A stretch of 32,680 nt of DNA from contig JBBTRL010000042.1 of assembly GCA_038065195.1 (NCBI GenBank), positions 17,735 to 50,414 on the forward strand, given 5' to 3'. This stretch comes from Patescibacteria group bacterium (GTDB taxonomy: Bacteria > Patescibacteriota > Minisyncoccia > GWA2-38-13b). The notes beneath the pieces were generated by a model. The model saw nothing but the letters and a program-made list of their open reading frames with translations, searched no databases and was not told where the DNA came from. A program made the translations under genes and the position numbers. Below are positions 17,741 through 26,999 of the stretch, piece after piece (the first letter of the stretch is position 1; each line of letters begins with the position of its first letter).

Positions 17741-17750
17741 AGGAGCGCAA

Positions 17751-18080
17751 ATGGAAATGAAAATATTGGTAGTATTTGAATGTCAGAGATGCAGGGCGAT
17801 AAACCAACAACCAGGATCTTGTGGATGTGGTTATCCACTTCATACAACCAAAAAAGTTAGCTCAACAAAATACTGCGAGATTTTCGGTCATGTGAAAAAT
17901 TCATTAATAATAGAACATGGAAAAACTAATATTGTAATGAAAAAAAATAATGAATGTCTTTGTTGCGGTGAAAAACTCACATACAACGATGATATTATGG
18001 AAACTGTAGATTGTTGCGGAAATTGCAAAAAAGAAGAAAGCCAGCCGGAAGACTGGCGCGATGATTGTTTAAAATATTAG
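17751..18080 (+). CDS. Small Cys-rich (zinc-ribbon-like) hypothetical protein
   Basis: GAAGGAG RBS before ATG 17751; CQRC, CGCG, CEIFGH, CLCC, CCGNC. Confidence 0.65.
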   Translation: MEMKILVVFECQRCRAINQQPGSCGCGYPLHTTKKVSSTKYCEIFGHVKNSLIIEHGKTNIVMKKNNECLCCGEKLTYNDDIMETVDCCGNCKKEESQPEDWRDDCLKY

Positions 18081-18082
18081 TT

Positions 18083-18111
18083 ATGGGACGATTCAAATCG
18101 TCCCATTTTTT
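18083..18111 (+). terminator. Rho-independent terminator
   Basis: ATGGGACGATT-CA-AATCGTCCCAT followed by a T tract. Confidence 0.85.
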
Positions 18112-18291
18112 ATTTCTCAATCTATTGCCATAATAATGCTTATAAACCAATCAATGAAAAAACATTATCATCGCCGACGCGAAATTCGGCGGTATAAAAT
18201 GCGCCTTGCGATTGCGTAAATTTTTAAAACGCTATAAGGCGCCGAATAAATATAAAATTATTTTAATTGATAAAAACCGTGAAAATAATCA

Positions 18292-19116
18292 TTAAAAACG
18301 ACTAATAACGGTTTTTTGCTCCGCGCTCAAATATTGTCCGCTTACAGCTTTTACTAATCTGGTAAATTCACTGCTATTGATACCGGCGCCGCCTACCAAC
18401 ACGCCGTCAATACCGTCTTCTTTCATAAAATCAATCACATTTTTAGAATCAACACTTCCGCCATATAAAATACGCAATGATCTTGCGATTTTTTCATTAT
18501 ATTTTTGATGCATTGTTTTCCGTATCAAAAGAGAAGCGGATAACGCATCGTCGGGAACAGCCACGCAACTATTTTCCGTAGTGCTAATCGCCCATACCGG
18601 TTCATAAGCAATAATTATATTTGCCATTTGCGATTCATCAATGTCTTCCAAGCATCGTAAAACCTGTTCCCTTAAAACTAAATCAACTTCGCCGGTCCAT
18701 CGTCCGTCTTTATTAAAACTATTCCTGGATTCTTCGCCTACGCACAAAATAATTTTAAGTCGCGATTTTAAAACCGCTTTAATTTTTTTATTTATAATTT
18801 CATCTGTTTCTTTAAAATTTTTCCTTCTCTCCGAATGGCCTAAAATTACATAATCACATCCTATATCTTTCAACATTTGCGGCGATATTTCTCCAGTATA
18901 AGGTCCTTGCCTGTCCCAAAAAATATTTTGACCGCCAAGTTTAATATCCTTGCTTGTTTTCTTTGAAATAAAATCCAAATAAATAAATGGCGGGCATAAA
19001 ATAACTTCTATATTTTGAATACCACAAATTTCTTTCCTAATGGATTCAAAAAGATGCTCGGCTTGCTTGCGAGAAATAGGATTCATTTTCCAATTGGCGA
19101 CTATTAATGGTTTCAT
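18292..19116 (-). CDS. tpiA: Triosephosphate isomerase
   Basis: VANWKMN, GPYTGEIS, ILGHSERR, AYEPVWAI, LYGGSV, GVLVGGA. Confidence 0.97.
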   Translation of the reverse strand: MKPLIVANWKMNPISRKQAEHLFESIRKEICGIQNIEVILCPPFIYLDFISKKTSKDIKLGGQNIFWDRQGPYTGEISPQMLKDIGCDYVILGHSERRKNFKETDEIINKKIKAVLKSRLKIILCVGEESRNSFNKDGRWTGEVDLVLREQVLRCLEDIDESQMANIIIAYEPVWAISTTENSCVAVPDDALSASLLIRKTMHQKYNEKIARSLRILYGGSVDSKNVIDFMKEDGIDGVLVGGAGINSSEFTRLVKAVSGQYLSAEQKTVISRF

Positions 19117-19574
19117 TAAATTATATTACCTATTCCCAATGTTAATAACAATACTGCGACTCCGGCGACTAAACTGCCAGCCGCGATAAATAAAAAAGCT
19201 TTTTTAAAAGGAATTCCAAAAACGAATGCCGCCACGCAACCGCTCCAAACGCCGGTTAACGGCAACGGTATCGCTACGAAAATAAAAAGCGCCGCGCTCG
19301 CCCAGTGTTCAAATTTTTTGGCATTATTGCGCCTTGTTCTTTCAAGTAGCCATTCAAAAAAATACTTAAAAGTATGTGATCTTACGCAAAGAAAATCGGA
19401 AAAAAAATGCAAAAAAAGCAAAATAAACGGTATCGGCAAAATATTGCCCAAAACCGACCATATATAAGCCGACTGCCACGAAAGACCATATAATTCAATT
19501 GCCAACGGTATGGAACCGCGCAACTCCACAATCGGACTCATTGCTATAAAAAATATGTTTAATTCCGGAGACAT
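19116..19574 (-). CDS. Small multidrug-export-family (COG2426-like) membrane protein
   Basis: MSPIVELRGSIP, GNILPIPFILL, FVAIPLPLTGVWSG; hydrophobic segments. Confidence 0.85.
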   Translation of the reverse strand: MSPELNIFFIAMSPIVELRGSIPLAIELYGLSWQSAYIWSVLGNILPIPFILLFLHFFSDFLCVRSHTFKYFFEWLLERTRRNNAKKFEHWASAALFIFVAIPLPLTGVWSGCVAAFVFGIPFKKAFLFIAAGSLVAGVAVLLLTLGIGNII

Positions 19575-19591
19575 TAATTTTATTAAAAAAA

Positions 19592-20638
19592 TTATATCTT
19601 AACTTTCCTTAAAAATTCTGCCGCTTTTTCCGGCTCTATAGTGGAAACTTCTATGCCCGTTCCAAGTTCAAAGCCCGCCCAAATGCCTATTCTCGGCAAA
19701 ATTTCCACATGCCAATGATAATGATGCCAATCCACACTGTCTTTAACCGGCGCAGTATGAATATAAAAATTATAATCCGGGTCATTTAAACCGCAACGAA
19801 GTTTCGCCAATGAAATTCTCAACGCTTCGGAAAATCGCTTTAATTCATCTTCATTTATTTTTTCGAAATAAGACTGATGGATTTTAGGAAATATTCTTAT
19901 TTCAAAAGCTGCGCGACTGATAAAAGGACAGAAAGCAACCACTAATTCATTTTCAAAAATTATTCTTTCCTTATCCATAATTTCCCATTCCAACATAACG
20001 CAATGAACGCATTTTTTATGATTCTGATAATATTTTTCCGAACCAATTAAACTTCTTCTGATGTCAAGGGGAATTATTGGAATAGCCATAATTTGCGAAT
20101 GCGGATGGCTCAATGAAGCGCCGGCGGCGCGTCCATTATTGTGAAATACGGAAATATATTTCACGCATTCACCGGTCATTAAGGCAAGATATCTTTCCTT
20201 GTATGCCCTGATGAGAAATTCCATTTCTTTGCCGGAAAAATAACCCGGGTGATTTATATGGTTCCTTGTAATAACAATCTCATGAGAACCAACTCCATCC
20301 ATCACAAGATATGGTCCTACTTCATGCGTATCTTCGCATATACCTTGTCCTATGGCAGGAAATTTATTCGGTAAAACTTGCAAAAACCAGTCATCTGAAT
20401 TATTTTTCCATTCGCTAAAAATTTTTCGTTTGCCGTCTTGACCGTAAACCAATAACGGATCAAGATTACCGGATTTTTGTGGTAATTCAAACGGGCATTC
20501 TTTTATAGGCTGATTAAATTTTTCTTTTTTAAAATCCACGAAAGCATTCGGCCGTTTCGCCCGCCCTTTTGCTATCAACACCCAATCGCCTGTAACTAAA
20601 TCCCGCCTTAATTCCGATAAAAATTGACGCTTTTTCAT
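19592..20638 (-). CDS. galT: Galactose-1-phosphate uridylyltransferase family (HIT-type nucleotidylyltransferase)
   Basis: ELRRDLVTGDWVLIA..RAKRP, CPF, PNKFPA, AGASLSHPHSQ, YHWHVEILPR, AGFELGTG. Confidence 0.88.
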   Translation of the reverse strand: MKKRQFLSELRRDLVTGDWVLIAKGRAKRPNAFVDFKKEKFNQPIKECPFELPQKSGNLDPLLVYGQDGKRKIFSEWKNNSDDWFLQVLPNKFPAIGQGICEDTHEVGPYLVMDGVGSHEIVITRNHINHPGYFSGKEMEFLIRAYKERYLALMTGECVKYISVFHNNGRAAGASLSHPHSQIMAIPIIPLDIRRSLIGSEKYYQNHKKCVHCVMLEWEIMDKERIIFENELVVAFCPFISRAAFEIRIFPKIHQSYFEKINEDELKRFSEALRISLAKLRCGLNDPDYNFYIHTAPVKDSVDWHHYHWHVEILPRIGIWAGFELGTGIEVSTIEPEKAAEFLRKVKI

Positions 20639-20874
20639 ACCCAGTATATCAAATTCCAGTTTTCAAATACCATTTTTTATTGACATTATGGCATCTTGGA
20701 AATTGGTTAGTATTAAACTTAAAAAAATATTCTTTTTACTATTGCGTTTTTCTGTTTTTGCCCTAAATTATTTTAATGAAATCAATAATATTTTATTTAT
20801 CATCTTTTAAACTTTCCAATGCATATAAACACAGAAAAACGCGCTGGAAGTTGTATTACTGGGCATAAACTTAA

Positions 20875-21660
20875 TTATTTATACAACCCGCGCCAAATAT
20901 TAATTCTTATTTTTATTATCTCCATTAAAATCAGAAAATATACTTTTAATGTTGCTCTGCTATCTAAATTATTCATCCATTTTACCGGCACTTCTTTTAT
21001 TTTATAACGACGCAAAAAACGAACTATGACCAAAGCTTCCACATCAAAAGCCCACCCATCAATCATTCCTCTCATAAATACGGATCTCGTCGCTTTATCA
21101 GTGAAACATTTAAAATCGCATTGAGCGTCAATTATCCCCGACGCCACGATGAACCGAATAAATTTACTGCCGAGACGACTGAATATTTTCCTATAAAACG
21201 GCTGACGAATGGCAATGTTGGCGCCGTCGATTCTTCGAGAACCGATCACGACCGAATACCTTATACTATCATCGCCTTGCCCATAAAAATAAGGAATTAT
21301 TTTTTCAATATGATCTATGGAAATAGAATTATTAGCGCCGGTAAAAAGCCGAAGTTTTCCGCGCGCCTTTATCATTCCCTGCCTTACGACAAAGCCCTTG
21401 CCATAATTAGCTTGATTTTCAATAATTTTTAAATTTTTTATAATACTCTGGAATTTTTTTACCACTTCAACCGTATTATCTTTTGAACCGCTATCCGCAA
21501 TCAATATTTCATACCCCTTCGCGTCTTTGTCAATATTGTACTGCTGCGCAAACTTTTTAAATTTTTCCGAAGATAAATACCGGTCAACATCAAGAAGCGT
21601 ATGAATTATACGCTTTGATTCATTGTGCGTGGGAATGATTTCGGATAGAAACGGCTTCAT
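20875..21660 (-). CDS. Family 2 glycosyltransferase (polyprenyl-phosphate glucosyltransferase-like) with degenerate catalytic motifs
   Basis: IIPxxNE, DSGSKDNT, NYGKGFVVRQG, VIGSR, GWAFDVE; the DxD position reads GAN. Confidence 0.8.
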   Translation of the reverse strand: MKPFLSEIIPTHNESKRIIHTLLDVDRYLSSEKFKKFAQQYNIDKDAKGYEILIADSGSKDNTVEVVKKFQSIIKNLKIIENQANYGKGFVVRQGMIKARGKLRLFTGANNSISIDHIEKIIPYFYGQGDDSIRYSVVIGSRRIDGANIAIRQPFYRKIFSRLGSKFIRFIVASGIIDAQCDFKCFTDKATRSVFMRGMIDGWAFDVEALVIVRFLRRYKIKEVPVKWMNNLDSRATLKVYFLILMEIIKIRINIWRGLYK

Positions 21661-21667
21661 CAATTTT

Positions 21668-21676
21668 ATTATACCA
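21668..21676 (-). promoter_or_regulatory. Extended -10 box, leaderless-type
   Basis: TGGTATAAT lies 7 nt before ATG 21660. Confidence 0.6.
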
Positions 21677-21677
21677 T

Positions 21678-21711
21678 AAAAAAAATCCTTGCCAAAATTT
21701 TAACAAGGATT
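21678..21711 (-). terminator. Rho-independent terminator (minus strand)
   Basis: AATCCTTG...CAAGGATT stem followed by a T tract on the minus strand. Confidence 0.65.
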
Positions 21712-21740
21712 AAATCTATTTGAGTAATAAATAAAATATT

Positions 21741-22205
21741 TTATAAACTTATCGCCACCTTTACGATTTTCCAATCAAACACGACGCCGAAAAGATGAAT
21801 TTTAGCATACTCGCAAATATCTTTTTTACGCCGAAAATACAAAATACTGTCAATCCCCAATGGATTAAGAACCGCGCCGCGTTCGGCCACTATCAACCAG
21901 TTTTTATCCGGAGATGAATTAAAAATATCCAACACTTTTAAAATAAATTCAAGAGCATACTTCTCTTCGGCATTAGTTTGACTCCACGCTCTGGAAAATA
22001 TCTTATCAAAAAAATGCCAATCTATTTTTATTTCGTTTTTTTCAACAGTGAACAAACTACCGTCATACTTTTTTAATAATTTTACAAAACCTTCTTCCTT
22101 GCAACATTCAGAACAAATTTTAGTCTTCACGATCAAATCATTAAGTTTAATATAACCATTCTTAATATTTTCAAAAAACTTCCAACATGCATAGCATCTT
22201 TCCAT
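21741..22205 (-). CDS. Hypothetical protein with two CxxC motifs
   Basis: AGGAGGTT RBS (22211-22218) before ATG 22205; CYAC and CSEC. Confidence 0.65.
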   Translation of the reverse strand: MERCYACWKFFENIKNGYIKLNDLIVKTKICSECCKEEGFVKLLKKYDGSLFTVEKNEIKIDWHFFDKIFSRAWSQTNAEEKYALEFILKVLDIFNSSPDKNWLIVAERGAVLNPLGIDSILYFRRKKDICEYAKIHLFGVVFDWKIVKVAISL

Positions 22206-22279
22206 TTTATAACCTCCTATCATTATAAACTTATGGGAACTACGGCAATCGTATTGACAAAAATCACAAATGAGATAAT

Positions 22280-23071
22280 TTAATGCATAGTTAATACCTC
22301 GCATCCATTCTCCATTACCGCAATCGTATGTTCAAAATGCGCGGATAAACTTTTATCCGCCGTTCTTATACCCCACCCATCATCGCATCCAACGGTTTTA
22401 TAATCGCCCATTGAAACCATCGGCTCCACGGCAATAGTCATTCCCGTTCGCAAAATAACCCCGCCACGACGCTTCCCAAAATTAGGAATTGCCGGCTCTT
22501 CATGCACTTTCTTGCCGACACCATGCCCAAACAAATCACGAATAACGCTAAAACCTTGACTTTTAACATAACGTTCAATGGAATTGCCGATATCGCCGGT
22601 AGTATTTCCCGACTTTATCTTCCTTAACGCCCTTTTAAGCGATTTTTTTGTCACCTTAATAAGCCGCCCCGTTTCCGGTAATATTTTGCCTACAGGAACA
22701 GTGATAGCCATATCAAGACATAATCCCTTGTGCCATATACCACAATCCAAACTTACGATATCGCCTTCCGTCAAAATTCTTTCCGACGGAATAGCATGAA
22801 CTATCTCTTCATTAACTGAAACGCATAAAATATTCGGGTATTTTTGCGATCCCATCAGACTATAATCCTTAAAGGCCGCTTTCACTCCGTATTTTAAAAT
22901 CAATTTTTCCGCCAAAACTTCCAAGTCAAATGTTTTAATTCCCGACTTAACCGCCTCCGACAATTCATTCAAAATAGCGGCCAAAATCCGGCCGCCTTCT
23001 CGCATAATATCAATTTCTTCCCTGCTTTTTATAATCACCCCATCCATCGTTTTTTCTTTATTTTTTATCAT
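22280..23071 (-). CDS. map: Methionine aminopeptidase type I
   Basis: CVSVNEEIVHAIP, GDIVSLDCG, GHGVG..HEEP, AVEPMV, SAHFEHTI. Confidence 0.97.
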   Translation of the reverse strand: MIKNKEKTMDGVIIKSREEIDIMREGGRILAAILNELSEAVKSGIKTFDLEVLAEKLILKYGVKAAFKDYSLMGSQKYPNILCVSVNEEIVHAIPSERILTEGDIVSLDCGIWHKGLCLDMAITVPVGKILPETGRLIKVTKKSLKRALRKIKSGNTTGDIGNSIERYVKSQGFSVIRDLFGHGVGKKVHEEPAIPNFGKRRGGVILRTGMTIAVEPMVSMGDYKTVGCDDGWGIRTADKSLSAHFEHTIAVMENGCEVLTMH

Positions 23072-23733
23072 TTTAAGTGTTTTAATATGTCCGCAAAAAC
23101 TTTTTCTATACTTTGTTCACCATTAATATCAATAACTTTCCTATCCGTTTTCTTATAATAATCAATTATCGGTCTTGTTTCTTCTTCAAAAAGATCCAAC
23201 CTAATTTTTATGCCCTCCGGATGATCATCGTGGCGCACCTTGAGTTCTCCTCCGCATTTATCGCACTTTTCCAATTTCTTAAATTCTCCTATATATGGAA
23301 TAATACGCCCACATTCACCGCATAATTTTCTTGTAGTTAATCTGCTAAAAGATTCTTTACGCGATATATCAATATAAAATATTTTTAAACATTTATCCCA
23401 TTCATACCACTCAAGCGCCTGATCCATCAATTGCGCTTCAAAAATTTTTCTAGGACTCCCGTCTATTATAAATCCTGCCAAATCATTGTTTTTTATTTTT
23501 TCCAATTCATCCACCCATAACTTAAAAATCATCGCCGTTGGCGCGAGACCTCCGCCGCTTAAAACTTTATCCAATTTATTCCCCGTAAAATCTTTTTGCT
23601 TGAATCTGGCCCTTAATATATCCCCGCTACCAATACATTTAAAACCAAATTTTTCTTCCAACAGTTTTGACTGAGTTCCTTTGCCGGAACCAGCGCGACC
23701 CAAAATAATAATAATTCTTTTTTTATTATGCAT
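23068..23733 (-). CDS. adk: Adenylate kinase with Zn-binding LID
   Basis: GRAGSGKGTQS, GDILR, IIDGSPR, CGEC..CDKC; located after secY. Confidence 0.93.
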   Translation of the reverse strand: MHNKKRIIIILGRAGSGKGTQSKLLEEKFGFKCIGSGDILRARFKQKDFTGNKLDKVLSGGGLAPTAMIFKLWVDELEKIKNNDLAGFIIDGSPRKIFEAQLMDQALEWYEWDKCLKIFYIDISRKESFSRLTTRKLCGECGRIIPYIGEFKKLEKCDKCGGELKVRHDDHPEGIKIRLDLFEEETRPIIDYYKKTDRKVIDINGEQSIEKVFADILKHLK

Positions 23734-23759
23734 AAATAAAAAAATATTTATAATATTTT

Positions 23760-25037
23760 TTACCTGAATCCTTCGTAATCTCTCATTACAAGCTGCGAAT
23801 TAATCTGCTTGCTTGTTTCCAAAACAACAGAAACCACGATCAAAAGAGATGTACCGCCGATAGTCATGGTAGTGCTCAAACCCATTCCCCATTGCACCAA
23901 AAATGGCATAACAGCGATAAACCCCAAAAATAAAGCGCCGGCAAGCGTAATCCTGTTTAAAATATAATACAAAAAATCAGCGGTTGATTTCCCTGGCCTT
24001 ATACCGGTAATAAACCCCCCCTGTTTCTGAATGTTTTCTGAAATCGCCTTAGGGTCAAAAGTAATGGCCGTGTAAAAGAAAGTGAAAATAACCACCAATA
24101 TAAAATATAAAATGCCGTAAAAAAGTTGGTTTTGAAAAACCCGGCTGACGGAAGACGCAAAATTTGAAAGCCAAGCAATGCTCGTAACGCTTAAAAAACT
24201 GGAAATCATACCCGGAAAAAGCATAATTGAAAGAGCAAAAATTATCGGTATAACCCCGGCTTGATTGATTCTTAATGGCAAATATGTGGTTGATCCTCCA
24301 TAAACCCGATTCCCCCTGATTCTTTTGGCGTAAGAAACCGGTATATTTCTTTGCGCCTCGGTAATCATTACAACGCCGGCTATAACCGCGATTGTCATTA
24401 CGGCGAAAGAAGCAAGCGTAGGAATTTTGGACACATTAAAATCTACAATAATCCGCCGCAAGACCTCCGGTATTCCGGCGACGATACCGGCAAATATTAT
24501 CAACGATATGCCATTGCCAATTCCCTTCTCGGAAATCAATTCCCCAATCCACATTATAAACATTGTACCAGCCGTAATCAATAAAATATTGGTCAACATT
24601 TGAAACGAGGAAATTTGAGAAATAATTTGATTACTTTGTAAAAGTTTTATAAAACTAAATGCCTGTATTATTGCTAAAGGAACGGTCAATATTCTTGAAT
24701 ACTGGTTAAATTTCTGCCTTCCCTGTTCTCCCGCCTCACTGTACATTTCCTTAAATGCCGGAAAAATCATAGTTAAAAGTTGCATAATAATGGAAGAAGT
24801 GATATATGGTCCGACACCAAGCATAATAATTGAAAGATTTGATAATGCTCCGCCGGAAAAAATATTTAAAAGACCCAAAAATTGATTGCCGGCGAAAAAA
24901 GATTTTAATCGCTCAATATCAACCCCGGGAACAGGAATTGTTGATGCCAACCGAAAAACAGCAAGCAAAAAAATAACAAAAATAATTTTGTTGCGTAATT
25001 CCCGTATTTTAAATAGTAATAAAAGTTTTTGAAACAA
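23760..25037 (-). CDS. secY: Preprotein translocase subunit SecY
   Basis: LGVGPYITSSIIMQLL, GIGNGISLIIFAGI, AGVIPIIFA, GIRPG, GGTSLLIVV. Confidence 0.98.
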   Translation of the reverse strand: MFQKLLLLFKIRELRNKIIFVIFLLAVFRLASTIPVPGVDIERLKSFFAGNQFLGLLNIFSGGALSNLSIIMLGVGPYITSSIIMQLLTMIFPAFKEMYSEAGEQGRQKFNQYSRILTVPLAIIQAFSFIKLLQSNQIISQISSFQMLTNILLITAGTMFIMWIGELISEKGIGNGISLIIFAGIVAGIPEVLRRIIVDFNVSKIPTLASFAVMTIAVIAGVVMITEAQRNIPVSYAKRIRGNRVYGGSTTYLPLRINQAGVIPIIFALSIMLFPGMISSFLSVTSIAWLSNFASSVSRVFQNQLFYGILYFILVVIFTFFYTAITFDPKAISENIQKQGGFITGIRPGKSTADFLYYILNRITLAGALFLGFIAVMPFLVQWGMGLSTTMTIGGTSLLIVVSVVLETSKQINSQLVMRDYEGFR

Positions 25038-25055
25038 AATAATAAAATAATATTA

Positions 25056-25511
25056 TTATTTTTTATCGCTTTCAAGCGCCAATCCCAAAATCCTTTTCAC
25101 GCTCCCTGACATTTTACAATTTTCCACTAATAATTTTTTAGTTAATTGCCCATTTCCCAATAATTTCACTTCCGGTATCTTACCATAAATTTTTTTAATC
25201 AAACCTTTTTCCAATAAAATTTGCGGCGTCACTTTTTCATTATCATTAAAAAAATCATTTAATTGACCAATATTAACAATCGTTCTTGGGTTTTTTATTA
25301 TAGGACCGAATTTAGATCCGCGTCTCTTGGGAATCTTTTTTATCGGCAAAGTATCGCCTCCGGCAAAACCCTGCCGCGGACGAGATTTAGAAGTCGCCCT
25401 GGATCCCTGTCCCTTCATTCCACGGCCAGAATAAGTGCCTTTTATTCCTCCGCGCCCTACCCGTTTGCGTTTTTTTTGCTTATGAATTGGTTTTATTTGA
25501 TGAATCTGCAT
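25056..25511 (-). CDS. rplO: 50S ribosomal protein L15
   Basis: RVGRGG.KGTYSGRGMKGQ, VKLLGNG. Confidence 0.95.
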   Translation of the reverse strand: MQIHQIKPIHKQKKRKRVGRGGIKGTYSGRGMKGQGSRATSKSRPRQGFAGGDTLPIKKIPKRRGSKFGPIIKNPRTIVNIGQLNDFFNDNEKVTPQILLEKGLIKKIYGKIPEVKLLGNGQLTKKLLVENCKMSGSVKRILGLALESDKK

Positions 25512-26004
25512 TATTGTTTTTTAACAACTTAAAACTCTCAAGCGCCTTAATGGTAGCTCTAGCATTATTAAGTTTATTTGACGAACCGAGTATTTTTCCT
25601 ACAACATCGACTATTCCAGCCAAAGAACATACAACTCGCACAGCGCCTCCGGCAATAATCCCCCTCCCACTAACCGCCGGCTTTAATAGAATACTAGCGC
25701 TTCCATATTTCATTCTAACTTCATGCGGTATGGTTCCTTTGATAATTTTCACAAAAGTCAATCGTTTTTTCGCTTTTTCCACGGCTTTATCAACCGCGCC
25801 GGAAACATCAACGCCCTTGGCTGATCCAACTCCAACTCTTCCTTGACGATCGCCAACGACAACCGTAGCCCTAAAACGAAATCTTTTTCCTCCGGCGACC
25901 ACACGAGCCACTCTTCTTATTTCCAGTAAAGACTGCTCAATCCCTCCTTCTCTTGGAGAAAACTTTTCTGTCTTTTTTCTAAATTGTCCCGATCTTTGAT
26001 CCAT
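25480..26004 (-). CDS. rpsE: 30S ribosomal protein S5
   Basis: RVARVVAGGKRFRF, VVVGD, GIIAGGAVR. Confidence 0.97.
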   Translation of the reverse strand: MDQRSGQFRKKTEKFSPREGGIEQSLLEIRRVARVVAGGKRFRFRATVVVGDRQGRVGVGSAKGVDVSGAVDKAVEKAKKRLTFVKIIKGTIPHEVRMKYGSASILLKPAVSGRGIIAGGAVRVVCSLAGIVDVVGKILGSSNKLNNARATIKALESFKLLKNNNADSSNKTNS

Positions 26005-26024
26005 ATAATATTACGGCTAAATTA

Positions 26025-26354
26025 TTAAAAACTTAATCCTTCTTCTCGCGCGCCATCCGCCACTGCTTTTATCTTTCCATGATATTTAAATCCACCGCGA
26101 TCAAAAGTTACATTTTTTATTTTAACATCTTTAGCTTTTTTTGCCATTTCCTTACCCAGCTCTTTTGATTTTTCCAAAATAGTGCGACCCAATTTAATTT
26201 TCTTTGTATTTCCGGAAACCAAAGTGCAACTTAATTGATCATCAATGATTTGAGCGTATAAATATTTATTTGATCTAAATACAGAAAATCGCGGACGCTC
26301 CTTTGCCCCCTTAACCTTAGCCCTTATTCTTTTGTGCCGCCATTTACGATTCAT
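26025..26354 (-). CDS. rplR: 50S ribosomal protein L18
   Basis: RPRFSVFRSNK, FDRGGFKYHGKIKA; likely start ATG 26354. Confidence 0.95.
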   Translation of the reverse strand: MNRKWRHKRIRAKVKGAKERPRFSVFRSNKYLYAQIIDDQLSCTLVSGNTKKIKLGRTILEKSKELGKEMAKKAKDVKIKNVTFDRGGFKYHGKIKAVADGAREEGLSF

Positions 26355-26364
26355 AGAAAACCCT

Positions 26365-26910
26365 TTAAAATCCCGAACCAATAGCTTTTTTACCGGCTTT
26401 TTGCCTTACATATTCTCCGACATAACGAATACCCTTTCCTTTATACGGCTCCGGTTTCTTCATATCGCGAATTTTCGCCGCTATTTCACCAACTAATTGA
26501 TTATCAATACCGGAAACGGTAATTATATTCTTTTCCACATTAAAAGCAATGCCTTGAGGAGCAGTAATTTCCATAGGGTGCGAAAAACCCAATAACAAAA
26601 TCAATTTATTCCCCTGAACACTTGCCCGATAACCTACGCCTTTGATTTCAAGCTGTCGACTAAAACCGCTTACCGCTCCCTTGACGGCATTGGAAACCAA
26701 CGCATTAATAAGTCCCCATATGGCCATTGTTTTTTTTTCTTTTGATTTTGGAAACAAGAAAAATTCCTTTGCTTCCAATTTAAATTCCAATACTGACGGA
26801 ATTTCCACAGAAATCTCGCCTTTTGGGCCTTTAACCCTGGCAATATTCGCTTCAATCCTAAAGTCAACATTATCCGGAATATTAATTTTTCGCTTACCTA
26901 TATGAGACAT
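26365..26910 (-). CDS. rplF: 50S ribosomal protein L6
   Basis: MSHIGK, VKGPKG, GVGYRA, PEPYKGKGIRY; start ATG 26910. Confidence 0.97.
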   Translation of the reverse strand: MSHIGKRKINIPDNVDFRIEANIARVKGPKGEISVEIPSVLEFKLEAKEFFLFPKSKEKKTMAIWGLINALVSNAVKGAVSGFSRQLEIKGVGYRASVQGNKLILLLGFSHPMEITAPQGIAFNVEKNIITVSGIDNQLVGEIAAKIRDMKKPEPYKGKGIRYVGEYVRQKAGKKAIGSGF

Positions 26911-26999
26911 GGAATAATCTCGAATATACGAATACTCGCAAATATACAAATAACATATTCGTATATTAGTTTAAAATTCGTATATTCGCGAATAGTTCT
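26911..26999. repeat. Palindromic CGAATATA-unit spacer element (family C), copy 1, between rpsH and rplF
   Basis: Direct CGAATATA-like units followed by inverted TATATTCG-like units; alignable with 28561-28641. Confidence 0.85.

Noticed and set aside
20640-20874. TTGACA at about 20680 and a 62-aa + strand ORF at 20819
   Set aside because: There is no well-spaced -10 box, and the ORF overlaps the GT2 gene antisense without any support.
22206-22304. Longer N-terminus for the 21741 ORF overlapping map
   Set aside because: A strong AGGAGG RBS points to ATG 22205.
23580-23593. CCCCGTAAAATC in adk resembling the family A TIR
   Set aside because: The match is partial, has no partner inverted end, and lies in ordinary coding sequence.
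26911-26949. N-terminal extension MYICEYSYIRDYS on L6 in the ORF track
   Set aside because: It is read-through of the family C spacer; the conserved start is ATG 26910.
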